A program made the position numbers and the translations under genes. From contig NC_068985.1 in NCBI RefSeq assembly GCF_001194135.2, positions 121,192,071 through 121,250,724 on the forward strand: a stretch of DNA of 58,654 nt. The letters are read 5' to 3'. Origin of the DNA: Octopus bimaculoides (Eukaryota). The stretch's first letter is position 1, and each line of letters begins with the position of its first letter. Under the pieces are notes generated by a model. It was not told the origin of the DNA. It worked only from the letters and a program-made list of their open reading frames with translations, and made no database searches. Of the stretch, positions 13,204 through 26,533 are shown piece by piece.

Positions 13204-13565
13204 GGAAGAGGGTGTTTTCTGGATGAAAACAAAGACGCATTCCTTCATAGTGCTAATGGAAAATAAATCCCATAATAATAGGGTGATGTTATTTGTTTCT
13301 TCATTTTTGTTTCATTTTGCTATCTTATTTTATTTTATTTTATTGTGTTCAAATGGAGAAGAAATAACAAACAATTACTATTGTTTTCAAAAGTCATAAT
13401 CAATAACGGTACGTGAGCACTTATAGCACACACCTACAAACAGTCACTACTCACTACTCACACACACATGCATATATATACGCACATACATACACACGCA
13501 TGTGTGTGGCTGTGCAATATGTGTGCTTATATAACGTAATATAATTATATCCATGTATATATGTA

Positions 13566-13603
<38 letters not shown>

Positions 13604-13670
13604 CGTATGTATGTATATATGTGAATATTAGTGCGTTACTATATTTCGAAATTTGTGCGTGTATGCGTGT

Positions 13671-13702
<32 letters not shown>

Positions 13703-13996
13703 NNNNNNNNNNNNNNNNNNNNNNNNNNNNNNNNNNNNNNNNNNNNNNNNNNNNNNNNNNNNNNNNNNNNNNNNNNNNNNNNNNNNNNNNNNNNNNNNNN
13801 NNNNNNNNNNNNNNNNNNNNNNNNNNNNNNNNNNNNNNNNNNNNNNNNNNNNNNNNNNNNNNNNNNNNNNNNNNNNNNNNNNNNNNNNNNNNNNNNNNNN
13901 NNNNNNNNNNNNNNATATATATATATATATATATATACCTACTTGTGTTTAGATGATTTATGTTTATCTCTATGCATATATATATATATATATATG

Positions 13997-14027
<31 letters not shown>

Positions 14028-16599
14028 ATACATACATATGTGCGCACACATAATGAACACTAAATTGAAAATAGTGACATAAAAAAACTGCATAAATTCA
14101 TGCATACATTCTTGTATGCTTACATACATGTACGCATGTATGCATGTATCTATACCTACGCGCGCGCACACACACACACACAACATTCCTTTAACAACAT
14201 ACACATACCAAACATACGTACATACATACTCGTGCACATCCTCATATACACATCCACATTCACATACATGCATACAAATGCGAATGTACACAGAAATCAT
14301 CAGACGCACGCAAAGCATTTCCTAATATATCTCATTTAAGTAAGCTTGTTTACTTAACATAATTCTTTTATAACAATTATACACGTTTGAAATTTGGAAA
14401 CCTGCTTACTTAATTTTTTATTGCTCTTTTGGTTTTATCTACCTTCCTTATTTGTCTCGTAAACACGACAGCACTGCGAACCACCATCGCCACCATTTTG
14501 TTTTTGTCTTATTTTCGTTTTCACGTTGAGTTAGTTACCAACCTATTCTTCGTCGTTCATATTATACACATTCTATACTGCTACTACTTATTGTTACAGT
14601 TGCTTTCTTATGTGTAACATCCGGATACAGTATCCAGATAATAGGAATAACATTTATTCGTTAAATAATATCTGAAGAAAAGAGGAAGAATTTTAAAGTA
14701 CTGATGAGAAAATTATTAAGTTAAGTTACAATATTGTACACAAATAGATGTGAAAATTATTATGCTTAAAAATATATGTCATTGACGTTAATTTTTCAGA
14801 GATGTGATCAGCATGAAAAACAATTAAATTATAGTTGACATATTTAATATAGTGAGCACAAAGAATGTAATTAAAAATAATTAAGCAGTGATGGAAAGAC
14901 ATTAGCTCAGTGACATATATGATTGTAATTATTTCAGCAAGAACAAGAGACAACTCCGCTCGTGTTTCACTCTTGCTATATATCTTCTGCAAGGTTTTGA
15001 CTTCATCGCTCTGATAAGAGAATTACTAAGATGCATAACATTGTACCCTATACGTGTAAGCGTGAAAATTTAGCATAGTTAAAATAATAAATCACTAATA
15101 TTAATAGTAAAATCGAAAGTTGTTAATGTTCTTTTGTCGTTGAGATAGGACTTCGCGACATTTCAGGCAAAATACTTCTTCAAACAGAGACCGAAATAGT
15201 TTGTTCTTTTTTTGTTATTTATTTCTGTTTTTAGTCCTTGGTCCATAGGAATTTTGGACAAAGTGGAGAATGCTAGTAAGTGGTAGAGAATTAGTTGTCA
15301 AACATGAAATCCGCATGAAATCCGTATGAAAACCATAAGCTGGTTTAATATTAACTTATCTAATGTAAATAAGTAACAAAAACCTAATTAGTACTTATGC
15401 GCATGGGAACAGACTACATTAGCTCAATTGTTTTCAAATACTTGCTCGTGGATAATCGATTGATATCTACTCAAATGTTCTGTTTTTTATTATTATTATT
15501 ATTACTTGAGCAGTAAATTAAATGCTACGAGCTTCAGATAGTCGTCGTCGTCGTCAGTGTTACGTACAGTAGTCTAGCGATCTATCTAGCTGCAGAAATA
15601 TCTCTTATTATCTGTCATCTTTTAAGTGCCATTAAAAAGAAACAAAGCTATGCGTCAATTCCGTATGTTTTAGTTGTCGACGTAGCTCTTTTAATCTACT
15701 GACACCCCTTTTCGAACTATCATCAATGGTATTCTAGAGATGACTATACCATTACTGTTTTGCAAATACTGTGACTTGGACTACCGTATGCGATATGCCG
15801 AATTTATTAGATAGTGGAACATAAACAGGAGAATCAACTGGTATTTCTAGCAAGTTTACCATACTTTTACGCTTTCTGATCAAATTCCATCTGAGTCGAC
15901 ATTCAACTTGGGTCGATAATTCTACAACGAGAGATGTATTGATTTCCATTCAATTAACCACTTTTTTTCATGAAAGTGTGTGCCTTGTGGCAAAGTAATA
16001 AACGATTATTATTAATAATGCATTAAAAAAATTTAGGTTGTGGAAGACTTGTTTTAGCCCTTAAAGAACACAAAAAAACTGTTTTATTTCTTTTTCGTTT
16101 ATTTCATGATAGCATGGTATGTGATAAAGTGTCGAAGTTTTCTTTCACTCTTCATCGATCTGCTATGTGACAATACCATTATATTTGTTGTAAATTACCT
16201 ATTCGGAAATGTTTACAAGCCTAAAAATTTTCTTTTTTGTGTGTGGGTGGATGCCAGTACACTATATGAAGTAATTCTTTCATGTTTGGGTTAGTAAAAA
16301 AAAATTAAGTAATTCTACTATGTTTGATCATTTGGTGTGTGAGTGAGTGGAACTACTTCTTTCCATTTAGACGTATGGGTCTACTGTTGTTTGAATCTTA
16401 GACTTTTTCACTCTCAGTTTTATATTAATATCATTGTTTTCTCATATAAACAATAGTGATTTGTATTATTTCTCACATGCGTGTGGGTTTAAAACACTTG
16501 GAGACGTCGTTTGAAATATATTTATAAATTGTTTCACCTTTCTCTGAAATAGCTACTGAAAATATATGTGATATATATTCGTTTCACATTTTGACACAA

Positions 16600-16768
16600 A
16601 GCCACCAATTTCGAGGAATGGTGTAAGTCGGTTACATATACCCCAGTGCTCAACTGGTACTTATTTTATCGACTCTGAAAAGATGAAAGCAAAGTCGACC
16701 TCATCGAAATTTGAACTCAGAACGTGTGGACGGGCGAAATGCGCACTAATGGTTCTACCAGCTTGCTC
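16600..16768 (-). mobile_element. SINE family C, degenerate copy
   Basis: actggtacttattttatcgac...gcaaagtcgacctc...aatttgaactcagaacg is the reverse complement of the family core. Confidence 0.75.
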
Positions 16769-16859
16769 CCTTTGTGTTGATAAATATTAAATTAAGAATA
16801 GCGTTGCTATTTTTAAACTTAATGCTGAAAATTCAGAAGTTCATACATACATACATGCA

Positions 16860-16891
<32 letters not shown>

Positions 16892-17009
16892 CAAACAAGC
16901 AAAAACCTGTTGTTGATGTTGAAATTCCAATGAGGAGCTTTGGATCTAGGTTAGAAACCGGTCCTTTCTCTATTGACAAGAAATCTTGAAATAAACTGAA
17001 TAATGACAT

Positions 17010-17042
<33 letters not shown>

Positions 17043-18029
17043 CATACACATTCTCAAACAAAACTGTCCGACGAACGGGAACGTGAAACTCTGAGTAACA
17101 GTTTTGTGATGTCTTTGCAGCTTTATTAATAAAGCATATTACTCTACTTACGTGCATACATACGTACGTACATACAAGTAAACTTTAACATTTTTAATAT
17201 TATATGTATGTGTATAAACACTTGTATATAACACGTGCACACGCACACACACACACACACAAACACACACACATTTATATATGAATGTACGTAAATGTAT
17301 GTGTATATGTATGTATGTGTATTAATAATGTATCATTAACTAAAAACGATGAACATTAAATGAAGAAAAGATTCAGTACGACTCCTTTCTTCAGTTAACT
17401 GCGACTTCGAATTTCCTCAATGTTGGCATTTTATAAAGTTTGGAAAGCCATCCTTCATACATAGTTAACTTTCTGAAGAATAAGAAATACATAAATATCT
17501 GTACACGTGTAAACATACTAAGGCAAAAAGCATTCATGGAAGAATTATTGAAGTAAATCTGGAGAATATTTTCAAAACACTTTTGACACTTTTAGGTCCA
17601 AGGTTAGCCACGACACAGCCCGGCATCTGACCAAAGATATTCCAGCCGTGACAACCTGTCTTTTTCTATAGCAGCAACGACATTGACGAATGTACTGTCT
17701 TTCGTTTTCCTTTTATATATGATAGGTTATATTTTATGGAAGAGTTCGCTGTTATTTCTAGTATCACAAGAATTCTATGTAGAAATTCCCTCGTTGGTTC
17801 GAAGACATCCTTGTTGCTTTCCGTGGCTTTTGGTTTGTTTCTTCTTGACCTTAATTTTCTTCTTCTGTCAACCTTCTTTTTCATCTCTTTATTCGTTTCT
17901 TTATATCTCATCTTTTGCTTTTAGATATAAACATCAATGCATGAAATTGCCTAATAGACCCTTCTATTCTAGTCAGTTGTTTCCGATCTATTGCTGGATG
18001 AAATCTCAATACATCGTTCCCTGCTTACT

Positions 18030-18421
18030 TGTTTGTTTTGTTAGCACTCCATCGCTTACGACGTCGAGGGTTCCAGTTGCTCCAATCAACGGAACAGCCT
18101 GCTCGTAAAATTAACGTGCAAGTGGCTGAGCATTCCACAGACACGTGTACGCTTAACGGGGATATTCAGGGATATTCAGCGTGACACAGTGTGACAAGGC
18201 TGACCCTTTGAATTACAGGCACAACAGAAACAGGGAGTAAGATTGAGAGAAAGTTGTGGTGAAAGAGTACAGCAGGGTTCGCCACCATCCCCTGCCGGAG
18301 CCTCGCGGAGCTTTAGGTGTTTTCGCTCAATAAACACTCACAACACCCGGTCTGGGAATGGAAACCGCGATCCTATGACCGCGAGTCCACTGCCCTAACC
18401 ACTGGGCCATTGCGCCTCCAC
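18030..18421 (-). mobile_element. SINE family A (tRNA-derived head, about 375 bp)
   Basis: Reverse complement begins tggaggcgcaatggcccagtggttaggg (A box) with a B-box-like element and ends ...gaaccctcgacgtcgtaagcgatggagtgc with an (AAC)-like tail. Imperfect 9-bp TSD ccctgctta/ccctgctca (18019-18027, 18423-18431). Confidence 0.9.
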
Positions 18422-19024
18422 ACCCTGCTCACCTATACTGGATACAATCGACACTTCTATTCCGTTTAGCTGTTTTTCGATCTATTGTTGCATGAAATCT
18501 CAGTATACCATTCCCTGCTTATCTATGCTAGATATAATAGGCACTTCCATTCCACTCAGCTGCTGTTGATCTACAGTTGGATAAAACTTTAGCATGCCGT
18601 TGATTAAATGCCTGTTTGATGCGGCCCTCCAGTGGCTGGTAAACTAAGCCATCGGCAACTAAGTGGAGTTTGAACTCATAACACAAAAGCCGGGAACATA
18701 TTCCACAATGCATCATCACGTCAGACGCGCTAATAATTTTGCCAATCTGTCACCCTTAACTTCCATTTTATTTAACGACTTCGAAAGAACGGAATGCAAA
18801 GTTGACCCCTTTGAGATCTGAACTCTGAGTGGAGAAAGCTAGAATGAATACCACATGATGTTCTGTCCGACGCTCTAACGATTCCACCAATTTGATGAAA
18901 AGAAAATTGTGCTAGTCTGTCTTAGAAATCATTTTATCGTTCAGGATAACTTATATTATTGTATTGTCTTCTTTTCTTTTTTTTACTTTTACTTCGTCTG
19001 TTCTTTCTGTTGTTTTTAACGTTT

Positions 19025-19210
19025 ATGATGATGATGATTATGATGATGACGACGACGACGATGACCATGACGACGACGATGACCATGACGACAACGATGA
19101 TGACGAAGATGATGGCAACGATGAAGTGGTGATAATGGTTAGGGTGGTGGTCGTGTGGTAGTTTTGCAGGTAGAAGTGATGATGATGATGATGATGATGA
19201 TGAAGATGAA

Positions 19211-19244
<34 letters not shown>

Positions 19245-19258
19245 TTGATGACGATGAC

Positions 19259-19293
<35 letters not shown>

Positions 19294-19340
19294 CGATGAC
19301 GATGATGATGATGATGATGATGACGATGATGATGATGATT

Positions 19341-19373
<33 letters not shown>

Positions 19374-19517
19374 CTGGCGGTGGTGGTGGTGGTGGTGGTG
19401 GTGGGCGTCGTCGTCGTGGGCGGTGGCAATGCTGGTGCTGGTGCTGGTGCNNNNNNNNNNNNNNNNNNNNNNNNNNNNNNNAGTGATGATGATGATGATG
19501 ATGATGATGAAGATGAA

Positions 19518-19551
<34 letters not shown>

Positions 19552-19565
19552 TTGATGACGATGAC

Positions 19566-19600
<35 letters not shown>

Positions 19601-19647
19601 CGATGACGATGATGATGATGATGATGATGACGATGATGATGATGATT

Positions 19648-19680
<33 letters not shown>

Positions 19681-19830
19681 CTGGCGGTGGTGGTGGTGGT
19701 GGTGGTGGTGGGCGTCGTCGTCGTGGGCGGTGGCAATGCTGGTGCTGGTGCTGGTGCTGGTCTTGGTGGAGCTGGTACTGATGCTGGTTGATAATTACGA
19801 TGATGATGATGATGACGATGATGATGTAGA
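19025..19830 (+). repeat. Compound (GAT/GAC)n, (GGT)n and (GCTGGT)n low-complexity tract, partly duplicated across a gap
   Basis: Direct reading. 19175-19450 appears identical to 19482-19757. Confidence 0.92.
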
Positions 19831-20081
19831 GGAGATGGTTGATGGAGATAAGGTGGATAGGATGTATATAGTGTTGGTATTGGTGCTGGTGTCGGTGGTG
19901 ATGTAGGTGAGGGACGCATTTTGACGATGTCATTGATGTTGCTGATGTAAAAGTTCTTGATGGTTCTATTGAGAATACAAGAGAATCGATCAAACTGCAG
20001 CCTTTCAATCAGCTAGTTGTTGGCCGTCTGGCATTTGAACTGATCGTCTTCTCTAATGAGCAGATTGCACACACGGACGTA

Positions 20082-20151
<70 letters not shown>

Positions 20152-21034
20152 NNNNNNNNNNNNNNNNNNNNNNNNNNNNNNNNNNNNNNNNNNNNNNNNN
20201 NNNNNNNNNNNNNNNNNNNNNNNNNNNNNNNNNNNNNNNNNNNNNNNNNNNNNNNNNNNNNNNNNNNNNNNNNNNNNNNNNNNNNNNNNNNNNNNNNNNN
20301 NNNNNNNNNNNNNNNNNNNNNNNNNNNNNNNNNNNNNNNNNNNNNNNNNNNNNNNNNNNNNNNNNNNNNNNNNNNNNNNNNNNNNNNNNNNNNNNNNNNN
20401 NNNNNNNNNNNNNNNNNNNNNNNNNNNNNNNNNNNNNNNNNNNNNNNNNNNNNNNNNNNNNNNNNNNNNNNNNNNNNNNNNNNNNNNNNNNNNNNNNNNN
20501 NNNNNNNNNNNNNNNNNNNNNNNNNNNNNNNNNNNNNNNNNNNNNNNNNNNNNNNNNNNNNNNNNNNNNNNNNNNNNNNNNNNNNNNNNNNNNNNNNNNN
20601 NNNNNNNNNNNNNNNNNNNNNNNNNNNNNNNNNNNNNNNNNNNNNNNNNNNNNNNNNNNNNNNNNNNNNNNNNNNNNNNNNNNNNNNNNNNNNNNNNNNN
20701 NNNNNNNNNNNNNNNNNNNNNNNNNNNNNNNNNNNNNNNNNNNNNNNNNNNNNNNNNNNNNNNNNNNNNNNNNNNNNNNNNNNNNNNNNNNNNNNNNNNN
20801 NNNNNNNNNNNNNNNNNNNNNNNNNNNNNNNNNNNNNNNNNNNNNNNNNNNNNNNNNNNNNNNNNNNNNNNNNNNNNNNNNNNNNNNNNNNNNNNNNNNN
20901 NNNNNNNNNNNNNNNNNNNNNNNNNNNNNNNNNNNNNNNNNNNNNNNNNNNNNNNNNNNNNNNNNNNNNNNNNNNNNNNNNNNNNNNNNNNNNNNNNNNN
21001 NNNNNNNNNNNNNNNNNNNNNNNNNNNNNNNNNN

Positions 21035-21074
<40 letters not shown>

Positions 21075-21960
21075 TAATACATAATAAACATATAAATTTA
21101 AATTTATATAAGTATATGAGTGTGTGAGTGCGTGCTCGTTGGTATATATGTGTGTGTATTTGTGCGTGTATGTGTATACATATAAATATATATACATATA
21201 TGTGTGTGTATGTGGTATATATGCATATAGATCGCTCGTGCATACACATACACACACAGCACACACACACTCACTCACACACACGCTCATACATTCAATA
21301 GAAACCCTAGTTAGCAATTCTAAGAGCTGTGTGGAAAGGTCGGTAACAGCGATAACATTAATGTCTCAGTATCCTCCAGGGAGTTGGCGGTGAGTGAAAC
21401 AAGTCAGAGTATTAGCCAATTTAGATAGAAATTCTTGTAACATAATACCATGTTAATTAATTAATATTACTACATCAGGAAGATCTATCCGCGTTCACAC
21501 ATGCGCGCCACTTAATACGCTAATATATGATTAGTTTTCGATTAAGTATGTTTGTATATTTCTAGCTACATAAGGTAATTTTAATGATACATCTGCTTAA
21601 CTTAATGTTCCTAACTATATTTGATGGTACAGTTCTATATTTAAGAGACGAGGAATTATGTACATTATTTACATTATTTACATTATTTACAACCGAAACG
21701 TTGTGTTAACAAGAAACAAGATGAGGACAAATATCCGTCGAATGTAAATAATGTAAATAATGTATATTTGATGGTTACAGGACTTCTGAAAACTATATAA
21801 ATAGATTACAGTGGCTTCTTGCTAACGCCATCAAGCTAACGGGTTAAATCGAACACAGTACTGCAAGAAATGGTAAGACAACAAAAGAATGAAAGAGACC
21901 TCGATATTATGTAAATAGAGAAGCTTATGTGTAAATATAATATGTGACAATTATTCGGTA

Positions 21961-22030
21961 GCCATGATAAAACTCCGAGTTTCGAATGTTGGGGCGGAAA
22001 CCCACGCTGCCATGTCTTCAGTTATCGGGC
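21961..22030 (-). ncRNA. Putative minimal type I hammerhead ribozyme within a Penelope-type repeat remnant
   Basis: Minus strand reads gcccGAUAA-CUGAAGA-caug...cauuc-GAAA-CU-cgg-AG-UU-UUAUCauggc. Core boxes at 22015-22021 and 21979-21983, stem I GAUAA/UUAUC, short stem III, GUU cleavage triplet. The first stem II pair is a C-C mismatch. Confidence 0.65.
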
Positions 22031-22494
22031 CATCAAAAAAATGCTATGTAAATTACCGTTAAACAAAGGGAAATTACTGTGTGGATTCATTAAGACAAAA
22101 GAGCCATTAGAATAACCGCTAAGTAAGAGGGGGGAGTAACGGTAAGGGAGTAAAAATGTTCATAGAAATCGTGTAAGCGCGCATGTCCATAAACACATGC
22201 GCGCTCGCACACCCACGTGCATGTGTCTATATGTATATACTTATCCACCCTCACTTGAAACACACACATGCTCACCCACACATTCGCCAAAAATATATAC
22301 ATACCCGCATACACGCTCGCACACACACACACGCGCGCAAAAAAAGGTTCATACAACACGTCTATATACGCACATGCACAAGATTCGTTTCCCGATTGAA
22401 GTTATTTTGCTTCATTTACACCACAACGACTTTGGTCGAGGTGGAGTATGAGTGTCATGCGCTTTGATCCATCTACAATTTTTTGTTATTGAGC

Positions 22495-22675
22495 CTTTAG
22501 CGGTATTTCGCCCATCGCTACGTTCTGAGCTCAAATTCCGCCGAAGTCGACTTTACCTTTCATTCTTTCGGGGTCGATAAATTAAGTACCAGTTGATACT
22601 GGGGTCGATGTAATCGACTTAACCTCTCCCTGCAAAATTTCAGGCCTTGTGCCCATGATAGTAGAAATCATTATA

Positions 22676-22720
<45 letters not shown>

Positions 22721-22885
22721 GCTGTAAGCTGGCAGAATCGTTAAGCGCGTCTGATAAAATGCTTAGCGGTATTTCGTCCGCCTCTACGTTTTGAGTTCAA
22801 ATTCCGTTGGGGTCGACTTTACCTTTCGTCCTTTCATACCAGTTGAACACTGGGATCGATGTAGTCGACTTAACCCCTTCCACAA
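22495..22885 (+). mobile_element. Two head-to-tail SINE family C copies joined by a (TTA)n run (about 22670-22720)
   Basis: The first copy is 5'-truncated and ends in gtagaaatca(tta)n. The second begins gctgtaagctggcagaatcg. Both carry the gtcgactttacctt core. Confidence 0.85.
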
Positions 22886-24179
22886 AACATGATTATGATG
22901 ACACTTCCAATCAGTTAAGTTCAGAAACCATAAGCACAAAGACAGAATTTGGGACGAAGAAGAAATAACCAATTTCATCAGCCCCAATACTCGATTAGTT
23001 GATCAACTCTGTCGGGATGAATGGCAAAGTTGACAAAGTGGGCAAAGTTAGCCTAGTGGCATAAACGTCATCAGAGATATCGCAAAGTATTTTATCCGAC
23101 GCATTAACGATTCCCACAATTAATCACCCATTAGGTCTTTATCCTAATTATGATATCACATACATATACATAGATAAATAGATTGTATACTCTTCCAAGT
23201 ATAAGTTAAACTCACTGAAATATCTATAGCCTAATATGTCTATAATCCATTGTTGACTTAGCTTCGTGTAATACTTATAAACAAAGATACATTAACGCTG
23301 AAATCCGTCCAAGTCGAATAATATATTCACTCGTGGTTCATCTAACAGTGTACTCTTGCGAACTGAGAGAACTTTCTGTAGAATTAATTGTTGCAGAGCA
23401 GCAATTAATTCCAATAAGAAACAGAGTTCTGATTTAAAGGAAAAGCTAGGAGGGACGATTGTCCAATAAGCTAAGTAAAAGAGAAGCAGTTTTCGTAACT
23501 TTTGCTGACCGTCTTAGATTACTAAGAACGATGAAATCGAGGCTCAATTTGAACAGGCGCGGTTAAGACGTGTGCTGGGAGGAAATTCATGAAATAAGAA
23601 TTTCTAAGTGAATGGTTTTAATACGGAGTCAGACAGTGCAGATATAAACAGATGATTATAGAAGGTAAGATGGCTGGGTCAAGCAGCCATGGCGGATGAC
23701 TGTAAACAACTATCATATTTCAGTAGAACAGAGACTGTTGTCGTAGTGATAACGGAAGTTCTGAGACATAGTGTTATAAGCATGTTGATGAATAGGTGTT
23801 TATCAACCAACGGATGGCTTTCATTAGGATACGATCTAAGATGTCCGTGTGTGCAATATCAATATACTAAATGTTTTATACCATAATATTGACCTACGCT
23901 GGTGCAACAGATCTGCGACTGAACCCTCACCCCAAGAAAACTGTTATATAACGTTTAGTACTCGTTCTTTTTTTTTTTAACTTTTTTTTAACTCGGCATT
24001 ACATTTTCTAACAAAATTCTTGTTTATTATAAAGTACAGTATTTTATAAGTTAAGATAATTTGAGACACATTAAGCTACTTTTTCAAGTCGAAAAAATTG
24101 TTTTATTTACTTTTCGTGTATTTCATATCAGTATGGTATATGATACAGTAGAAGTTCTCACGTCGGTTTGAGATATATT

Positions 24180-24386
24180 CTTTTCTACTCTAGGCACAAG
24201 GCTTGAAATTTGGGGGGAGGGGGCTAGTCGATTAGATCTACCCTAATATGCAACTGGTACTTAATTTATCGACCCCGAAAGGATGAAAGGCAAAGTCGAC
24301 CTTGGCAAAATTTGAACTCAGAACGTAAAGATAGACGAAATACCGCTAAGCCCGGTGTGCTAACGTTTCTGCCAGCTCGCCGCCTT
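24180..24386 (-). mobile_element. SINE family C, full-length with 17-bp TSD
   Basis: Perfect direct repeat tcggtttgagatatatt at 24163-24179 and 24387-24403. Confidence 0.9.
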
Positions 24387-25878
24387 TCGGTTTGAGATAT
24401 ATTGATGTCTAAGATAAGCACGAGATGTCGACTTTCAGAGAAGTCTGCCACGAGCCTAAGGGCTCGTGAGGCAGAGGCTTATCTGGATTCATTGATTCAT
24501 TTAATATGCAAATAACTTTTGGCAAAAGTATAAACATCACGATTTCTATCCTTCACCTTTACGTTCATCAATAAATCTACTAGAGAGGGAGGTATACTAG
24601 TTACGTCTTTTGAGAGATGGACAAAATATTAAACTGTAGTTAGGTTCTATTACCTTTACATTCTGATTTCAAATCCCCGCTGTTATCAACTTCGCCTTTC
24701 ACTCTCGAAATCCAAGTAGCCCAGCCAACTACAAGAGTCGATATAACCGACACTTTCTGTCATTAAAATTTTAGGGTCTGCGCCTAAATTAAAAATCGAA
24801 CCAGCGAGAGAAACTGTACGTAATCGCTCGATCTGCAAGAAATAGCAGTTAAATGTCCTTCAAATCACATCTAGCAAACAACTTGAATTAGATTGTGTGA
24901 TTATGGGCTGCCTGCACATAAGAAAACGCTGGAAATTTATCGTTGGACTACCTTTAATCAGTGGTCAACTCGAGTAAAGCTGGCCGCTGCTAAATAACAA
25001 CACCAACCACAACAACAACGACATACTTCTCAGTTAAAAAATATATATTAGCAACAGAGGCAATACTAATACCTAGAGGTAATATTTATCCCTACTTAAA
25101 CATGGAAGGTCTTATTAGGACAAACTATTCTCCGGTAGTCACCACGTGAGAAGCTCTCATAATGGCTTTTTGATTTAAAATGTATTTTTGTTTACAAACT
25201 AGCCGGGAGAGACAAATCTCTATCACTGATAGCACTGAGATCACCAGATCACCAGCTCACCAGATCACGTGATTTCGACCTTGTTTAGTGTTGTTAATGA
25301 TGGACACTCAACCTCGGTAGTTTATTGTCATTTCTTCTCTTTCTATTTAAAACTATTTCCAACGCCAGACTATCGGATTACACGCTTTAAAATATTTTGG
25401 GGCGGTCTGCGTTCTGGTGGTCTAAGTAAGATTTAAGTTCAAGTTCACTCGAGAGGAATGCTTTTATGAGTCTTCCATACTTTTATGTGTTCGAGAAATA
25501 GCACGAATGAGTCTATCCCCACATCTGTAGATGTATGAGACAGCCCCGGTCTACATTCCGTATTTAGTTTATTTTCTGTTCATACTGGACTCAACTCCTG
25601 TCAGAGCCCATTTGTGCCTTTCAGATCACATCGCTTTAAGTACCAGTCACATATTAGGTCTAACACACCATTTAGCTAAAACTCCGCCTCTATAAAAGTC
25701 ATTGTTCGGTATCATGTTAGAAATCCCTATTAAGGAAATTTATTTTGAAACTTACCATCCAACCGCAAATATGTATGTATGTATGGATGGATGGATGGAT
25801 GGATAGATGGATGGATGAGTGGGTGGATGTGGAGATATGCGTACGTATGTCATACTATGTTATGTATGTTATGTTAGG

Positions 25879-26154
25879 TGGAGATGCAATAGCCCAGTGG
25901 TTAGGGCAGCGGACTCGTGGTCATAGGATCGCGGTTTCGATTCCCAGACCGGGCGTTGTGAGTGTTTATTGAGCGAAAACACCTAAAGCTCCACGATGCT
26001 CCAGCTGGTAACGGTGGCGAACCCTGCTGTACTCTTCCACCACAACTTTCTCTCACTCTTATTTCCTGTTTCTGTTGTACCTGTATTTCAAAGGGGCCAG
26101 CCTTATCACACTGTGTCAGGCTGAATATCCCCGAGAACTACGTTAAGGGTACAC
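25879..26154 (+). mobile_element. SINE family A, cut by an assembly gap
   Basis: A box tagcccagtgg (25890-25900), B box ggtttcgattccc (25933-25945), body matching 18030-18421. Confidence 0.9.
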
Positions 26155-26451
26155 NNNNNNNNNNNNNNNNNNNNNNNNNNNNNNNNNNNNNNNNNNNNNN
26201 NNNNNNNNNNNNNNNNNNNNNNNNNNNNNNNNNNNNNNNNNNNNNNNNNNNNNNNNNNNNNNNNNNNNNNNNNNNNNNNNNNNNNNNNNNNNNNNNNNNN
26301 NNNNNNNNNNNNNNNNNNNNNNNNNNNNNNNNNNNNNNNNNNNNNNNNNNNNNNNNNNNNNNNNNNNNNNNNNNNNNNNNNNNNNNNNNNNNNNNNNNNN
26401 NNNNNNNNNNNNNNNNNNNNNNNNNNNNNNNNNNNNNNNNNNNNNNNNNNN

Positions 26452-26485
<34 letters not shown>

Positions 26486-26495
26486 ATAAAAACTT

Positions 26496-26533
<38 letters not shown>

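Noticed and set aside
19175-19757. 276-bp exact tandem duplication
   Set aside because: The copies sit on either side of a 31-N gap, typical of unmerged overlapping contig ends.
19170-19781. Possible poly-Asp exon: ttttgcAG at 19168-19169 would continue exon A in frame (RRSDDDD...)
   Set aside because: The pyrimidine tract is weak, there is no convincing donor before the in-frame stop, and similar (GAT)n tracts are common in this window. RNA-seq could revisit it.
21302-21389. Candidate exon ending in GTGAGT
   Set aside because: The acceptor lacks a polypyrimidine tract, the phase (1-2) is incompatible with exons A and B, and the peptide is uninformative.
24445-24474. GC-rich hairpin cacgagcc-taag-ggctcgtg
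   Set aside because: It is isolated, with no CTRR Helitron end or other context, and prokaryotic terminator logic does not apply.
25879-25950. tRNA-like A/B boxes here and at 29287, 45880-45947 and 46255-46327
   Set aside because: These are SINE heads continuing into repeat bodies, with no complete cloverleaf, so they are not tRNA genes.
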